From an uncultured virus (IMG/VR IMGVR_UViG_3300030101_003124) (taxonomy: Duplodnaviria > Heunggongvirae > Uroviricota > Caudoviricetes > Crassvirales), in the IMG/VR virus record IMGVR_UViG_3300030101_003124, positions 48,704 through 68,703 of that record: DNA of 20,000 nucleotides, one strand, 5' to 3'. The notes under the pieces are model-generated. The model did no database searches. It was given only the letters and a program-made list of their open reading frames with translations, and had not been told where the DNA came from. How positions within the stretch are numbered: position 1 is the first letter of the stretch; every line of letters begins with the position of its first letter. Positions 8,286 through 17,385 of this stretch are shown piece by piece. The position numbers and the translations under genes are program-made.

Positions 8286-8736
8286 TTTTCATTTGTTTTA
8301 ATATTAGTTCTACAGTCATATCACACTCTTTTTGGTTTTGTGGTTTATATAGTGTAAAAGGTCCTAATCTTCTTTCAGCTACTAACTTTTTAAATATTTT
8401 CCAACGTAGTGGAAAAGACTCATTAGCTCTACCTTTACACTCAATAATCCAGCCTTTACCTATAAAGTCTGGTGTGTATTTCATGTTTAATATTTTCTTA
8501 TTACCTCTGTCTTTATAATCACCTTTACCATTGCTACATCTTTCGTAACATGAAAAAGGAAAATCAAATGATTCTATAAGTTCAAAGGTTTGGCCTTCGT
8601 ATAAAGCGTGTATTTTAGCTTTCTTTAAAGCTTGATACATATACTTTTCTAAACCAGAAGCAAAGGTTATCCCGTCAACAGTAATTTTCTTACTATTAAC
8701 AGGACCTTTCTTTTTTCTTCTATAATTCTTCCTCAT
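8278..8736 (-). CDS. T7 endonuclease I-like PD-(D/E)XK nuclease/resolvase
   Basis: FASGLEKYM...YE...YTPDF...IIECKG. Confidence 0.8.
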   Translation of the reverse strand: MRKNYRRKKKGPVNSKKITVDGITFASGLEKYMYQALKKAKIHALYEGQTFELIESFDFPFSCYERCSNGKGDYKDRGNKKILNMKYTPDFIGKGWIIECKGRANESFPLRWKIFKKLVAERRLGPFTLYKPQNQKECDMTVELILKQMKNG

Positions 8737-9019
8737 CGTTTACAATATATTCTTTTCCAGTTTCAGGGTCTTTCCCATAATACCGTTGAATCATAGCTTC
8801 TTCAACTTCATCTTGCAAACATCTTTTTGCTGCTTCAATATATAATAACGCATCCATTATTTCTTCTTGTACATCTGTAAGAAACATATGTAAATCTTTT
8901 TTACCTGTTTCTATTTCGTCTTGCATTGTTTGACCATATTTTTTTTGACCAATAATACTTCGACTATCCATTTTTTGTATTACCGCTTGTACAATAGCGT
9001 CTGTTGTTTTAATTTTCAT
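8720..9019 (-). CDS. All-alpha (MazG-like) NTP pyrophosphohydrolase candidate
   Basis: RSIIGQKKYGQTM...LTDVQEEIMDALLY (EExxD metal-binding helix). Confidence 0.55.
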   Translation of the reverse strand: MKIKTTDAIVQAVIQKMDSRSIIGQKKYGQTMQDEIETGKKDLHMFLTDVQEEIMDALLYIEAAKRCLQDEVEEAMIQRYYGKDPETGKEYIVNDEEEL

Positions 9020-9804
9020 CTTTTACAAATGTTCCGTTAATCATTTTACCTTTTCGTTTACTTATCACGTTGTATGCTTCTGCTATACACGTTTCTATAT
9101 TTGTTCCGTGTAAATGTGCTAGGTTTGTTAATACAACAACCATGTCACCGATAGCGTCATTTATCTCATCATGATCGTTATTTAATAATGCCTGAGCCAG
9201 TTCGCCAGCTTCTTCTTGAAGTTTTACATANNNNNNNNNNGATTGTGTTACCTTTATCATAAAGACCTCGTTGCTCTGCCCAGTCTCTAATATTTTGAAA
9301 CATTTTTAAAGGTTTTTTGGAGCACTTGGCTGTTGTTGGTTTTTCGAACACATCATTGTTGTCGTAAAACCTAGCAAATGCTTTGTTGTACACATAACAT
9401 CTTTCGTTATTATACATTGAAGTTTTTACGTTTCTCATTATCCAGTCTATTGTTTTAGGCGTTACATCTAGTTGACCGTGCTCGGTTTTCCAGTTCATAC
9501 CTATATTGTCAAACAATCTACCTTTTAATTTGTCAACAGGACAAGGAAACGTAGTGGTCTGTTCAGTAATATTTATATTCATTTTTTTATTTGGTTTAAG
9601 GTTTTTATATGGTACCATATCTACACGATAACCATATTCTTTTTGTAATTCTAGTTCTTTAGAAGATATAAAATCTACATCTTCTGATTTTTCTAGTATT
9701 TCATACTCATCAGGATTATAGCCTTGTTGAACAGTGACCCGGTTATTAAGATCACACGTAACACCTATCTTTTTACCTGGTATATGATAAATATAATATG
9801 TCAT
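9009..9804 (-). CDS. Multidomain protein: GIY-YIG-like N-terminus plus C-terminal MazG-like NTP pyrophosphohydrolase, split in silico by the 10-N gap
   Basis: YYIYHIPGKKIGVT at the N-terminus. IRDWAEQRGLYDKG [gap 9231-9240] YVKLQEEAGELA...DAIGDMVVVL...AYNVISKRKG reads as one continuous MazG domain across the gap. Confidence 0.75.
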
Positions 9805-10442
9805 AGTTTATCTTCGTATATATGCATGTTATGCGCGTGATGATAATACCATCCAATGTCAATATTTAATCTCTCTGCAATTAATTCTTGTAATGATGCA
9901 AATTGGTATTGATCGTTACAAAAACCGTACCAGAGGTCATTAGAACGCATATAAACAGACATATTTAGTTTATTGTTAAGTATTGTAAATTGAACAGCAT
10001 ATGTACAAGGAGTATCAAACTCATATGTATTATGTTCTTTACAGTCATATATACTTATTGCTGCATGTCTAGTATTAGGGTTTGACTTTAGCTTGTTAAC
10101 TACATAATCTATTTGATGATTACGTTGCCATTGCCAACCATAGTTACTTCTTACAGTACCGTTCTCATCAGCCATACGTTGCCATATCGCTGGTATTTTT
10201 CCATAAATCTCTCCTAGTTTTCCAATACTTGGATTACCTGATAGATACCACTGCCACTCAGCCTCAGCATATTCTTTTTTCCATTTACGCCAAGTTGCTG
10301 TAATGTTTTTATCAGAAGGATCGTCTAAATAAAAACCGCAGTTAAATATAGCTTTTGTGTTATCAAACGGTATACCTTCAAACGCTATATATTCTTGAAG
10401 ATATTCAAAAGCTTCGTTTGCATTAAAAAAATTATCTTTCAT
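9801..10442 (-). CDS. Thymidylate-synthase-fold pyrimidine methylase/hydroxymethylase, probably dCMP-specific
   Basis: SNYG, TRHAAISI, DTPCT (catalytic Cys), MRSNDLWYGFCND, NMHIYE. Start at 10442 (MKDNFF). Confidence 0.85.
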   Translation of the reverse strand: MKDNFFNANEAFEYLQEYIAFEGIPFDNTKAIFNCGFYLDDPSDKNITATWRKWKKEYAEAEWQWYLSGNPSIGKLGEIYGKIPAIWQRMADENGTVRSNYGWQWQRNHQIDYVVNKLKSNPNTRHAAISIYDCKEHNTYEFDTPCTYAVQFTILNNKLNMSVYMRSNDLWYGFCNDQYQFASLQELIAERLNIDIGWYYHHAHNMHIYEDKL

Positions 10443-10704
10443 ATTTTTTATAATAATAGTTATAATATTCGTACATTTTCTCCCAGACATCTGTTGGTCC
10501 ATAAGCTTCAGGGCTCATATATTTTCTACCGTTGATACTTATTTCTAATTTCCAAAGCCTGTGTCTGTAACCTGTTTCTACAGGAGTAATAAATATTTTA
10601 TTTTTAAAACACCATAGATGAGCTTCTTGATTTGCTTGATCAAAAGCAAATTTGTTTTCACCCATATATTTCTTTTTATTACTACTCCCAAGGTAAGGCG
10701 CCAT
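10432..10704 (-). CDS. Hypothetical protein
   Basis: Fills the gap between helicase and the TS-like gene; real start may be the ATG at 10665. Confidence 0.6.
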   Translation of the reverse strand: MAPYLGSSNKKKYMGENKFAFDQANQEAHLWCFKNKIFITPVETGYRHRLWKLEISINGRKYMSPEAYGPTDVWEKMYEYYNYYYKKYER

Positions 10705-12406
10705 CGTCTACTATTTCATCTGTTATTTGTGGTACAAATGAACCAGATCTTGGCTCCCATGTGAAATATGATTCACCACCGTTTTCGCCTAGATTTTGAA
10801 ACTTAACTTTTAATACTTTTACTTTAGTATTTTTAGCTTCATAATCTCTGTGTACTAATATACCGTGATAGCTAGCATCATACCATTCGCCACCACCTTT
10901 TATGTTATACATTGTTGGTTCTTGTATTTTACCGTTTTGGTCTCTCATCATTTTAGTCGGATGTGCTACAATAAACGTTAAAACGTCATACTTTTTACAA
11001 AATGATTCTATCTTTGATAGATAATCCATAGTATATCTGTTAACATCATCTGACACAGCGTTTGTGTCTCTAACTTTATTATAAGGATCTATTACTAGAC
11101 ATTTAATACCTTTACGTTTAACCAACTCAGCACCTTTTCTTAAAACTGATTCTAAACTATATTTATCCATGTCTATAAAATAGTAGTTATCATTAACATG
11201 GTTTGCAACTTGTTTCCATTTACTACCTCCAATATCAGATCTACTAGGCATATCACCCCAATGCTTACGCATTAGTTTATGTGCATGTAAATATATTGGT
11301 TGATTTTCTGGACTTGCAAAAGCTGTTTTCCAGCCATAGTTATTATTATAACCTACAACCATTTGGTCAACAAAATCAGACTTACCGCTACTAGGTATGC
11401 CAGTAACAGTAATGAACTGACCAGTGTATGTACTGAATATTTTGTCAAAGTTTTGTAAACCGACTTGAAAGCCAGGTTTGAAACCGTGTTTAACAAAGTC
11501 TTTAAGGTCATTCTCTACAGTTTTTAAGGTTGATACGTTTTCTAGTGGTACTTGCTGCGAGTTGTGTATAGCAGATTTGAGGTCGTCTGCTCCATACTTA
11601 ATTAAATATTCATTAGCATCTTTGCAGTCTAAAAAATCTACTATATAACAGTTCTCAGCGCCAAGCCTACGTATAAACTCTTGTTTTAACATAGTGCCAG
11701 GTTCATCAGCGTCTACCGCTAGTATTATCTTGTCTTTGTCTTCAAAGTAATCTATACAATTGTCAAGATAATCTAAGTTGTTGTGATTTAACGTAGCACC
11801 GTTAGGTACTGATATTACGTTAGGCACACCTGCCTCATGTAAAGATAACGCATCTATTTCACCCTCTACAATTACAACTGAGTTGTGACCTACAATACTA
11901 TTAATATTATAGAATACCTTTTCAGCTCCTTTATATAGTTTAAAATTCTTACGTCCATCTCTGTATTTAATATTTATGAGTTGATTACCCATAAAATAAT
12001 TAAACTTAATTGTGTTCTCTTGTTTGCCAGTTTGCGGCATGAACTCAGAACCTTCAGAAACATTTAATGCCTCCAAAGTGTTCTGAGATATACCTCTAGA
12101 CTTAAACCATTCTACAACTTTACTACTAGGTGCTTTATGAGTCTTTGTAGAAAAACTCGGGCGTACGTATTCACGTTCACTAGCACCCTTACGTTCGTAA
12201 GTGTGTAGTTGAAAAGTTGAATTACAGTTGTGGCAAGTACCGAGACCACGTTCCCAATCATAAGAAGCACATTTAAGCTTCTGATTTTTAGGTTTCCTGT
12301 TGTGAGAGCACAGAGGACAAATCCCCTGTGTCTTACCCACTTCAAGACCATGTTGATTGAACTCGTCAATCAAAAATCCATTAATCTCTCTATTTTCTAC
12401 TTGCAT
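10682..12406 (-). CDS. Bifunctional primase-helicase (T7 gp4/Twinkle-like)
   Basis: Zn finger CPLC...CHNC; TOPRIM VEGEIDALS and DAD; Walker A GIPSSGKS; VIDPYN; VAHPTK. Confidence 0.93.
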   Translation of the reverse strand: MQVENREINGFLIDEFNQHGLEVGKTQGICPLCSHNRKPKNQKLKCASYDWERGLGTCHNCNSTFQLHTYERKGASEREYVRPSFSTKTHKAPSSKVVEWFKSRGISQNTLEALNVSEGSEFMPQTGKQENTIKFNYFMGNQLINIKYRDGRKNFKLYKGAEKVFYNINSIVGHNSVVIVEGEIDALSLHEAGVPNVISVPNGATLNHNNLDYLDNCIDYFEDKDKIILAVDADEPGTMLKQEFIRRLGAENCYIVDFLDCKDANEYLIKYGADDLKSAIHNSQQVPLENVSTLKTVENDLKDFVKHGFKPGFQVGLQNFDKIFSTYTGQFITVTGIPSSGKSDFVDQMVVGYNNNYGWKTAFASPENQPIYLHAHKLMRKHWGDMPSRSDIGGSKWKQVANHVNDNYYFIDMDKYSLESVLRKGAELVKRKGIKCLVIDPYNKVRDTNAVSDDVNRYTMDYLSKIESFCKKYDVLTFIVAHPTKMMRDQNGKIQEPTMYNIKGGGEWYDASYHGILVHRDYEAKNTKVKVLKVKFQNLGENGGESYFTWEPRSGSFVPQITDEIVDDGALPWE

Positions 12407-12419
12407 TTATTTAATTATA

Positions 12420-12740
12420 TTAAAATGGTAAATCGTCATTTGCTGGTGCAGCTGCTGCAGGTTGTGCTGCTGGCTGCGCAGGCATAGCCTCTTTAGGTGC
12501 AACGCCTACATTTACATCATTTGTCCATACTACCTTTACATTACCTAAATAAACTTTTTCAGTTTTAGCATCTCTTTCCTCTTTAGTTTGTTGAACTACG
12601 ACAGGACCGTTGTTGCCAAACTGATCAAGCTCATCATTTAATGTAATTGTAATAGGTAAGTATTTACCTTTTTTACCTTCGATAATTTTATCTTTAGGTA
12701 TTTTAGTAAGGTCAATACTAGTTGCTATTATACTTGCCAT
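12420..12740 (-). CDS. Putative single-stranded DNA-binding protein
   Basis: Compact beta-rich domain, Ala/Pro/Gln linker and acidic DDLPF tail; adjacent to helicase, exonuclease and ERF. Confidence 0.7.
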   Translation of the reverse strand: MASIIATSIDLTKIPKDKIIEGKKGKYLPITITLNDELDQFGNNGPVVVQQTKEERDAKTEKVYLGNVKVVWTNDVNVGVAPKEAMPAQPAAQPAAAAPANDDLPF

Positions 12741-12741
12741 A

Positions 12742-12921
12742 TTATGCGTATTGATTTATTTGATTAAACATTCTTTCTAATTGCTCTTTTGTAGCATTAG
12801 TATTTCTTCTCATATTATCTACAGCTTTAACGTGGTTTTGATTAGCATAAAAATTGTTTACGCTAGTTTCTAAACCTGTTACGCTGCATACTTTAGTTTG
12901 AGTTCTTTTTCTTCTTGCCAT
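12742..12921 (-). CDS. Hypothetical 59-aa protein (not in ORF track)
   Basis: MARRKRTQTKVCSVTGLETSVNNFYANQNHVKAVDNMRRNTNATKEQLERMFNQINQYA; exactly fills the intergenic gap. Confidence 0.7.
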   Translation of the reverse strand: MARRKRTQTKVCSVTGLETSVNNFYANQNHVKAVDNMRRNTNATKEQLERMFNQINQYA

Positions 12922-12931
12922 ATATTAAAAA

Positions 12932-13663
12932 TTAAAGTGTTTTGCTTATGAAATACTGTTTAGGATTAAAGTCCTTGGTTTTAAAGAACAACTCATAAGC
13001 TTCCATTGCTCTATCAACCTTGTCTTTACCTGATGCATAAAACTCAGGTGAGCAGTCAAACATACCGATCTGATGTGTCGTTTTATCTATAACCACAAAT
13101 AACATTTCGTAGCCAAATAATTTTTGGTAAATGTATGCTTGTGAATCGTAGTTATAACGATAAGCAGAATTTTTAAATTTATGAATATCTGCTGTTGTCT
13201 TCAGATCAACTACTAACTTCTCATTATGATTTACTATATCAGCCTTGCCTTTCCACATATATTTGCCGATTTTTGTTACTTCAGGTATTTCATATTCAGT
13301 GTTAGTGTCTTGTATTATACCTTTACAAATGTTGTTGCTTAATAACTTTTCAGTCATTAATTCTATATGATCAACTTCATGTTGTAATAAGCATAGTTCT
13401 CCGCCTGACATTTCTTTGTAAACCTTAGTATTTCTAGTTGTTGAAGGTATCACCTTGTATTTCTTAAGCTTATCTGGCTCAAGTATTGCAGTGTGAAAAT
13501 ACCCGCCAACTAGAAACGCTGAGGTTGGTTTACTTGGTTGCCCTAATGCTAGTGGATTATTTAGTAATGTACTAATATCAGAGTTACTCAAGTATTTCTT
13601 GCCAAATTCTCCATAATAATCTTCATCATTTTTTAATTTAGCTAAGATCTCTTTTTTATTCAT
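12932..13663 (-). CDS. RecE/exonuclease VIII-like PD-(D/E)XK nuclease (DUF3799-like)
   Basis: YLSNSDI, GGYFHTAILEP, KGKADIV, VDLKTT, YNYDSQAYIY. Confidence 0.85.
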   Translation of the reverse strand: MNKKEILAKLKNDEDYYGEFGKKYLSNSDISTLLNNPLALGQPSKPTSAFLVGGYFHTAILEPDKLKKYKVIPSTTRNTKVYKEMSGGELCLLQHEVDHIELMTEKLLSNNICKGIIQDTNTEYEIPEVTKIGKYMWKGKADIVNHNEKLVVDLKTTADIHKFKNSAYRYNYDSQAYIYQKLFGYEMLFVVIDKTTHQIGMFDCSPEFYASGKDKVDRAMEAYELFFKTKDFNPKQYFISKTL

Positions 13664-13664
13664 T

Positions 13665-14180
13665 TTATAGTGTTGTTAATTCCTTCTCTTGTTGAGGAGT
13701 TAATTGATACTTCTTTTTGATAGCATCTAATTTACCACCTGATTGAATATAACTTTTAGCCTTCGCGAGGTCTTGTAGTTTATCTTTACCATGTTTATTA
13801 GTTGCATCGCTATCTTGAGTATCATCAATTAAAAATAAATTCCCAAGAGCATACTTTTTACCGTATGAACTAGCACTACCAAACTGTTGTGGAACCTGCA
13901 TACCTTTTTGATTTAAGTCTACTCCGACTATAGCTGAGGTTTGCATTGTCATGCCTTTCTCATCATGTATAGTTGCTGTAGTTTTAATCACAGGTACAGG
14001 ACCTTCAACGATTAATTCTTCGTCAACAGTTACGGTAATACCGTACTTCAATAAAAAGGGTTTGATTGCTTCGAGAATATCTTCGGCACTACGAAAGTAA
14101 TACTTACCGAAGGAGTTAAATCTACTCTTTTTCGATTTAAACTCAGTCTGGACTTGAGCCAGCTTTTGTTGTAAAGTCAT
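13665..14180 (-). CDS. erf: ERF-family single-strand annealing protein
   Basis: FNSFGKYYFRSAEDILEAIKP and QQFGSASSYGKKYALGNLFLIDDTQDSD motifs. Confidence 0.88.
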   Translation of the reverse strand: MTLQQKLAQVQTEFKSKKSRFNSFGKYYFRSAEDILEAIKPFLLKYGITVTVDEELIVEGPVPVIKTTATIHDEKGMTMQTSAIVGVDLNQKGMQVPQQFGSASSYGKKYALGNLFLIDDTQDSDATNKHGKDKLQDLAKAKSYIQSGGKLDAIKKKYQLTPQQEKELTTL

Positions 14181-14254
14181 ATTTAATTTAATTTTAGTCT
14201 ATATATATAATTACACATTAGCGAACATAATTTAAATTATTTCCGCTCTATAAC

Positions 14255-15022
14255 TTACAGATAATCAAGCACTTGCGAGTGATCGACATTCTCTATTAGT
14301 TTATCTACGGCTTGCTTTTTTAACTGTGAAACCCTAACATATGAGCTGCTACCTTCAATACCTAATTTCTTAGCTATTTCTTTAGCAGAATGTTTATCAC
14401 AGTTTAAACCGTAACTTAAAACCAGTACGTTATATTCTTTTTCTGTTAAATGTTTTCTTAACAAACCGTCAAGATAAGCATTTAGCAGATCCATATTATA
14501 AGGTTCTGATTTATCAGGAATTTGCATTATCATGTCTTCTTCCTGATTGTTCTTAGGTTTTTCATCTATACTTAAAAATATAGAGTTAAAGAACATTGCT
14601 ACCATTTTTTTATCTTTACCGAAGTTTCTACGTATTTCATTTAGTTTGTGCTCAGGTATTCTCATGTCACCACGATTAATATCTATAGCTCTACGTATTG
14701 CACCTCGTATACGTTTAGATAAAAATGATTTCATTGTTTTTTCTTTGTCTTCTGATTTATCAAATAATTCCCAGTCTATTCTGTCAACAGCTTTTGTTAA
14801 ACCAGCATTACCCTCTTGTATGAGGTCCATGATAGTCATAACACCTGAAGCTTGTTGACTAGTTGAAAATTTTCTTGCTATGTTTTCAGACAAAGGTAAG
14901 AAGTTTACAATCAACTGATCTCTTGTTAATTCTTTATATTCTTTGAATTTAGGCAAAGCCCAGATCAGTTCTTGTATCTGCTTCTTGTAAATAACATAGT
15001 TTCGTATATTATAACTCTTCAT
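14255..15022 (-). CDS. Phage sigma70-family RNA polymerase sigma factor
   Basis: Region 2 MDLIQEGNAGLTKAVDR...IRGAIRRAI...MRIPEH; region 4 LTEKEYNVLVLSYGL...SAKEIAKKLG...VRVSQLKKQAVDKL. Confidence 0.88.
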   Translation of the reverse strand: MKSYNIRNYVIYKKQIQELIWALPKFKEYKELTRDQLIVNFLPLSENIARKFSTSQQASGVMTIMDLIQEGNAGLTKAVDRIDWELFDKSEDKEKTMKSFLSKRIRGAIRRAIDINRGDMRIPEHKLNEIRRNFGKDKKMVAMFFNSIFLSIDEKPKNNQEEDMIMQIPDKSEPYNMDLLNAYLDGLLRKHLTEKEYNVLVLSYGLNCDKHSAKEIAKKLGIEGSSSYVRVSQLKKQAVDKLIENVDHSQVLDYL

Positions 15023-15626
15023 TTAATGTTTGTTTTTCTTGTTTTAAAGTGTCACACATATGTCTGTGTATTGTTCTTGCAGAGCAATTAAGTAAACCAG
15101 CAATACGACTAATAGTAATTTTATTACCCATATCGTTTAAATCTATCATAGTTTCATATATCATATCTTTATCAATACTAGATCTACCTATTAATTTACC
15201 TACAATTTTTAATTTACCACTCAAGTCTAAACCTGAGTATGGTTTAAAAACTACTTTACGTAGCTTATTTGCAGGTGGATCACCACCTTGCATTAATACA
15301 TCTCTAATCATGTCTTCTAGTAATTTATTTTTAATAAAAAAGGTAACAAAACCATTTTCTTTATTAGCTATAAATCTAGCTACAGTTACAAAATCAGAGT
15401 TTATTATATTATCCATGTTAAGATAATATAATACAAGCATGTGCCACTTTAAAGATTTGTATGTGGTTATTTTAGCCTTACTATTAAACAAATGATAGCA
15501 CTGATACGTACCATTTTCGTAGTATCTGTACTGATTTGTTTCTATAGTAGGTACATCAGTATCAGGATCTTTCCTGTATATAATGCGTCTATCATTTAAC
15601 CATTTTAAATTTCTTTCGTATGACAT
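15009..15626 (-). CDS. DNA-binding protein with C-terminal HTH (possible replication initiator or regulator)
   Basis: KITISRIAGLLNCSARTIHRHM helix-turn-helix. Confidence 0.6.
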   Translation of the reverse strand: MSYERNLKWLNDRRIIYRKDPDTDVPTIETNQYRYYENGTYQCYHLFNSKAKITTYKSLKWHMLVLYYLNMDNIINSDFVTVARFIANKENGFVTFFIKNKLLEDMIRDVLMQGGDPPANKLRKVVFKPYSGLDLSGKLKIVGKLIGRSSIDKDMIYETMIDLNDMGNKITISRIAGLLNCSARTIHRHMCDTLKQEKQTLNEEL

Positions 15627-15637
15627 TTGCCTATTAC

Positions 15638-16195
15638 TTATTTATTCTTAATACCTATTGTCATATTTGGTTTTAAGGTAAAAAAAATAATTTTATTATT
15701 TTTCTTAATGTTATTCTCATAAAATTCCATTGTATATAATGTTTCGTCTTTTGCGGCTATCCTCTTTTTATCATGTACGTAGTATTGCCAGTACGCGTGT
15801 ATAGCACAATTGCACTTATACTCGTCTGGCATAGCCTGTGGTGGTTGTGTAAACTCATCACCTTGTATATGTACTGGAGGTTTGGCTAAAAACTTTTCAC
15901 ATTTAATTATTGTCAAATGTTTTCTGTTGTAACGTCTTGTGTACTCGTGGCCCAGAGCTAACATATGCTCATACAACCACATATAAGTTGATCTTGATTG
16001 CCTAGCCCATATTGTAGATGGGTGGTTCAAGTGTGCTTGCTTATATGGGACATTCTCTTTCTGATCTCTATCACCGTAACAGTGATGAGCAGTACACAGC
16101 ATCTGGGCTGACTCGAGTATCATCTTGACAACATGTTTATTATATTGTAATTGCGCAGCTTTCACTGGGCATTTATCTAAATAAAATATATTCAT
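15638..16195 (-). CDS. Pyrimidine-dimer DNA glycosylase (DenV/endonuclease V)-like protein
   Basis: MNIFYLD...KHVVKMILESAQMLCTAH...YKQAHLNHPSTIWAR...EYTRRY...PPQAMPDEYK. Confidence 0.75.
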   Translation of the reverse strand: MNIFYLDKCPVKAAQLQYNKHVVKMILESAQMLCTAHHCYGDRDQKENVPYKQAHLNHPSTIWARQSRSTYMWLYEHMLALGHEYTRRYNRKHLTIIKCEKFLAKPPVHIQGDEFTQPPQAMPDEYKCNCAIHAYWQYYVHDKKRIAAKDETLYTMEFYENNIKKNNKIIFFTLKPNMTIGIKNK

Positions 16196-16302
16196 TTGTA
16201 TCTCTTGTGTTCTAGTCTATTATAATGTTTATCTAACAATAAATTAGCTACTTCATAGCTTATCATATTATCGTTATATAATTGCCATATTAACTTACTC
16301 AT
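16192..16302 (-). CDS. Hypothetical 36-aa protein (not in ORF track)
   Basis: MSKLIWQLYNDNMISYEVANLLLDKHYNRLEHKRYK; ATGA overlaps at both ends. Confidence 0.65.
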   Translation of the reverse strand: MSKLIWQLYNDNMISYEVANLLLDKHYNRLEHKRYK

Positions 16303-16514
16303 TTTATTTTTATTAATTCGCCAAATATAATTAGCTCTACATCTGATTGACTGTAGCACTCTGATTCTGGCCAGTTTAAATATCTATTGTATATATTATT
16401 ATGCTCATCAATAGGTTGATGGTAACAAAAATACATAGCACTAAATACTCCTGCAAAATAGAACAAAGCTATTATACAGAATTTATCTATTAACTCTAGT
16501 TTTATTTTATTCAT
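16299..16514 (-). CDS. Hypothetical single-TM protein
   Basis: TM FCIIALFYFAGVFSAMYFC; overlaps neighbours. Confidence 0.55.
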   Translation of the reverse strand: MNKIKLELIDKFCIIALFYFAGVFSAMYFCYHQPIDEHNNIYNRYLNWPESECYSQSDVELIIFGELIKIK

Positions 16515-17385
16515 AATTTCTTATACATTTAAATAACGGGTGTCTGTATGAACCTGCTTGTGTTCGTTGAAAATAGGTAAAGGTTGCACGCTTGCCAATG
16601 TAGTCAGTGATGTTGTTAAGCATCTCCGCAAGATCCTTGTAGTTGTAGCCTTTGCCCGGCGGACAACCGAACTCTACACCTTCGTCATCTTGCATAATGA
16701 ACTTGCCAAGTGTGCCTGTCCTTTTGCCTTTACCTGTTTCATAACCAATGATAGTTGCTTCAGTATCGCTGAAGTCTTTGAACTTCATTAGATCGTAAGA
16801 CCTACCGTGTTTGTATAGACCATCTAGTCTAATGATAGAGCCTTCGTAGCCCTCACTTAAGAACGTGGCATGAAGATCTCTAGCATAATTGTAGCTGTCA
16901 ACTAGTTTTGCAGGTACATACTTTATCTGCGCATCATAAATATCAGAGCAAACAAGGTTATGCATACGAGTTTTGTAGCTGTCGTAAACCGGAGCTGATA
17001 TATAATCGTATACATGAAACTGTACAAGATGTTGAGCTTCTAGTCTATCATCTGCAGTAGGCTTTTGCTTACGAACTAATGATATAATTTTTTCGAAATC
17101 ACGTTTTAGTTTGTGATTATATAATTCGCCATCGAGTGTTACATCAGGGTTATTAAAGAAAAACGGTTTTAAAGCATTTGTAATATGCCTTACGTTTTTA
17201 AATTCTTTACCAGTACGTGAATACGCTTTAACACTGAACGAGGCTAAGTTTTCTTGACCAGGAAAGTCTGATACTCTTTTGATTAGACAGCGGACGCCGT
17301 CTAGTTTAGGTTGTATGTACACAGGTAACGACCAGTCAACTCTGTTGTCGTCGAACTTGTGTGCTAGCATTGGTTTTAATGTCAT
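16507..17385 (-). CDS. ATP-dependent DNA ligase
   Basis: QPKLDGVR (motif I), LDGELY, FHVYD, EGYEGSIIR, LMKFK, C-terminal OB fold ending YRHP. Confidence 0.93.
   Translation of the reverse strand: MTLKPMLAHKFDDNRVDWSLPVYIQPKLDGVRCLIKRVSDFPGQENLASFSVKAYSRTGKEFKNVRHITNALKPFFFNNPDVTLDGELYNHKLKRDFEKIISLVRKQKPTADDRLEAQHLVQFHVYDYISAPVYDSYKTRMHNLVCSDIYDAQIKYVPAKLVDSYNYARDLHATFLSEGYEGSIIRLDGLYKHGRSYDLMKFKDFSDTEATIIGYETGKGKRTGTLGKFIMQDDEGVEFGCPPGKGYNYKDLAEMLNNITDYIGKRATFTYFQRTQAGSYRHPLFKCIRNYE

Noticed and set aside
9231..9240. Apparent frameshift or pseudogene in the MazG gene
   Set aside because: Coincides with a 10-N scaffold gap of arbitrary length.
12112..16791. ORFs 12112-12369, 12230-12487, 14547-14858, 15049-15426, 16558-16791 (also 7766-8017)
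   Set aside because: Fully nested in or antisense to confident genes.
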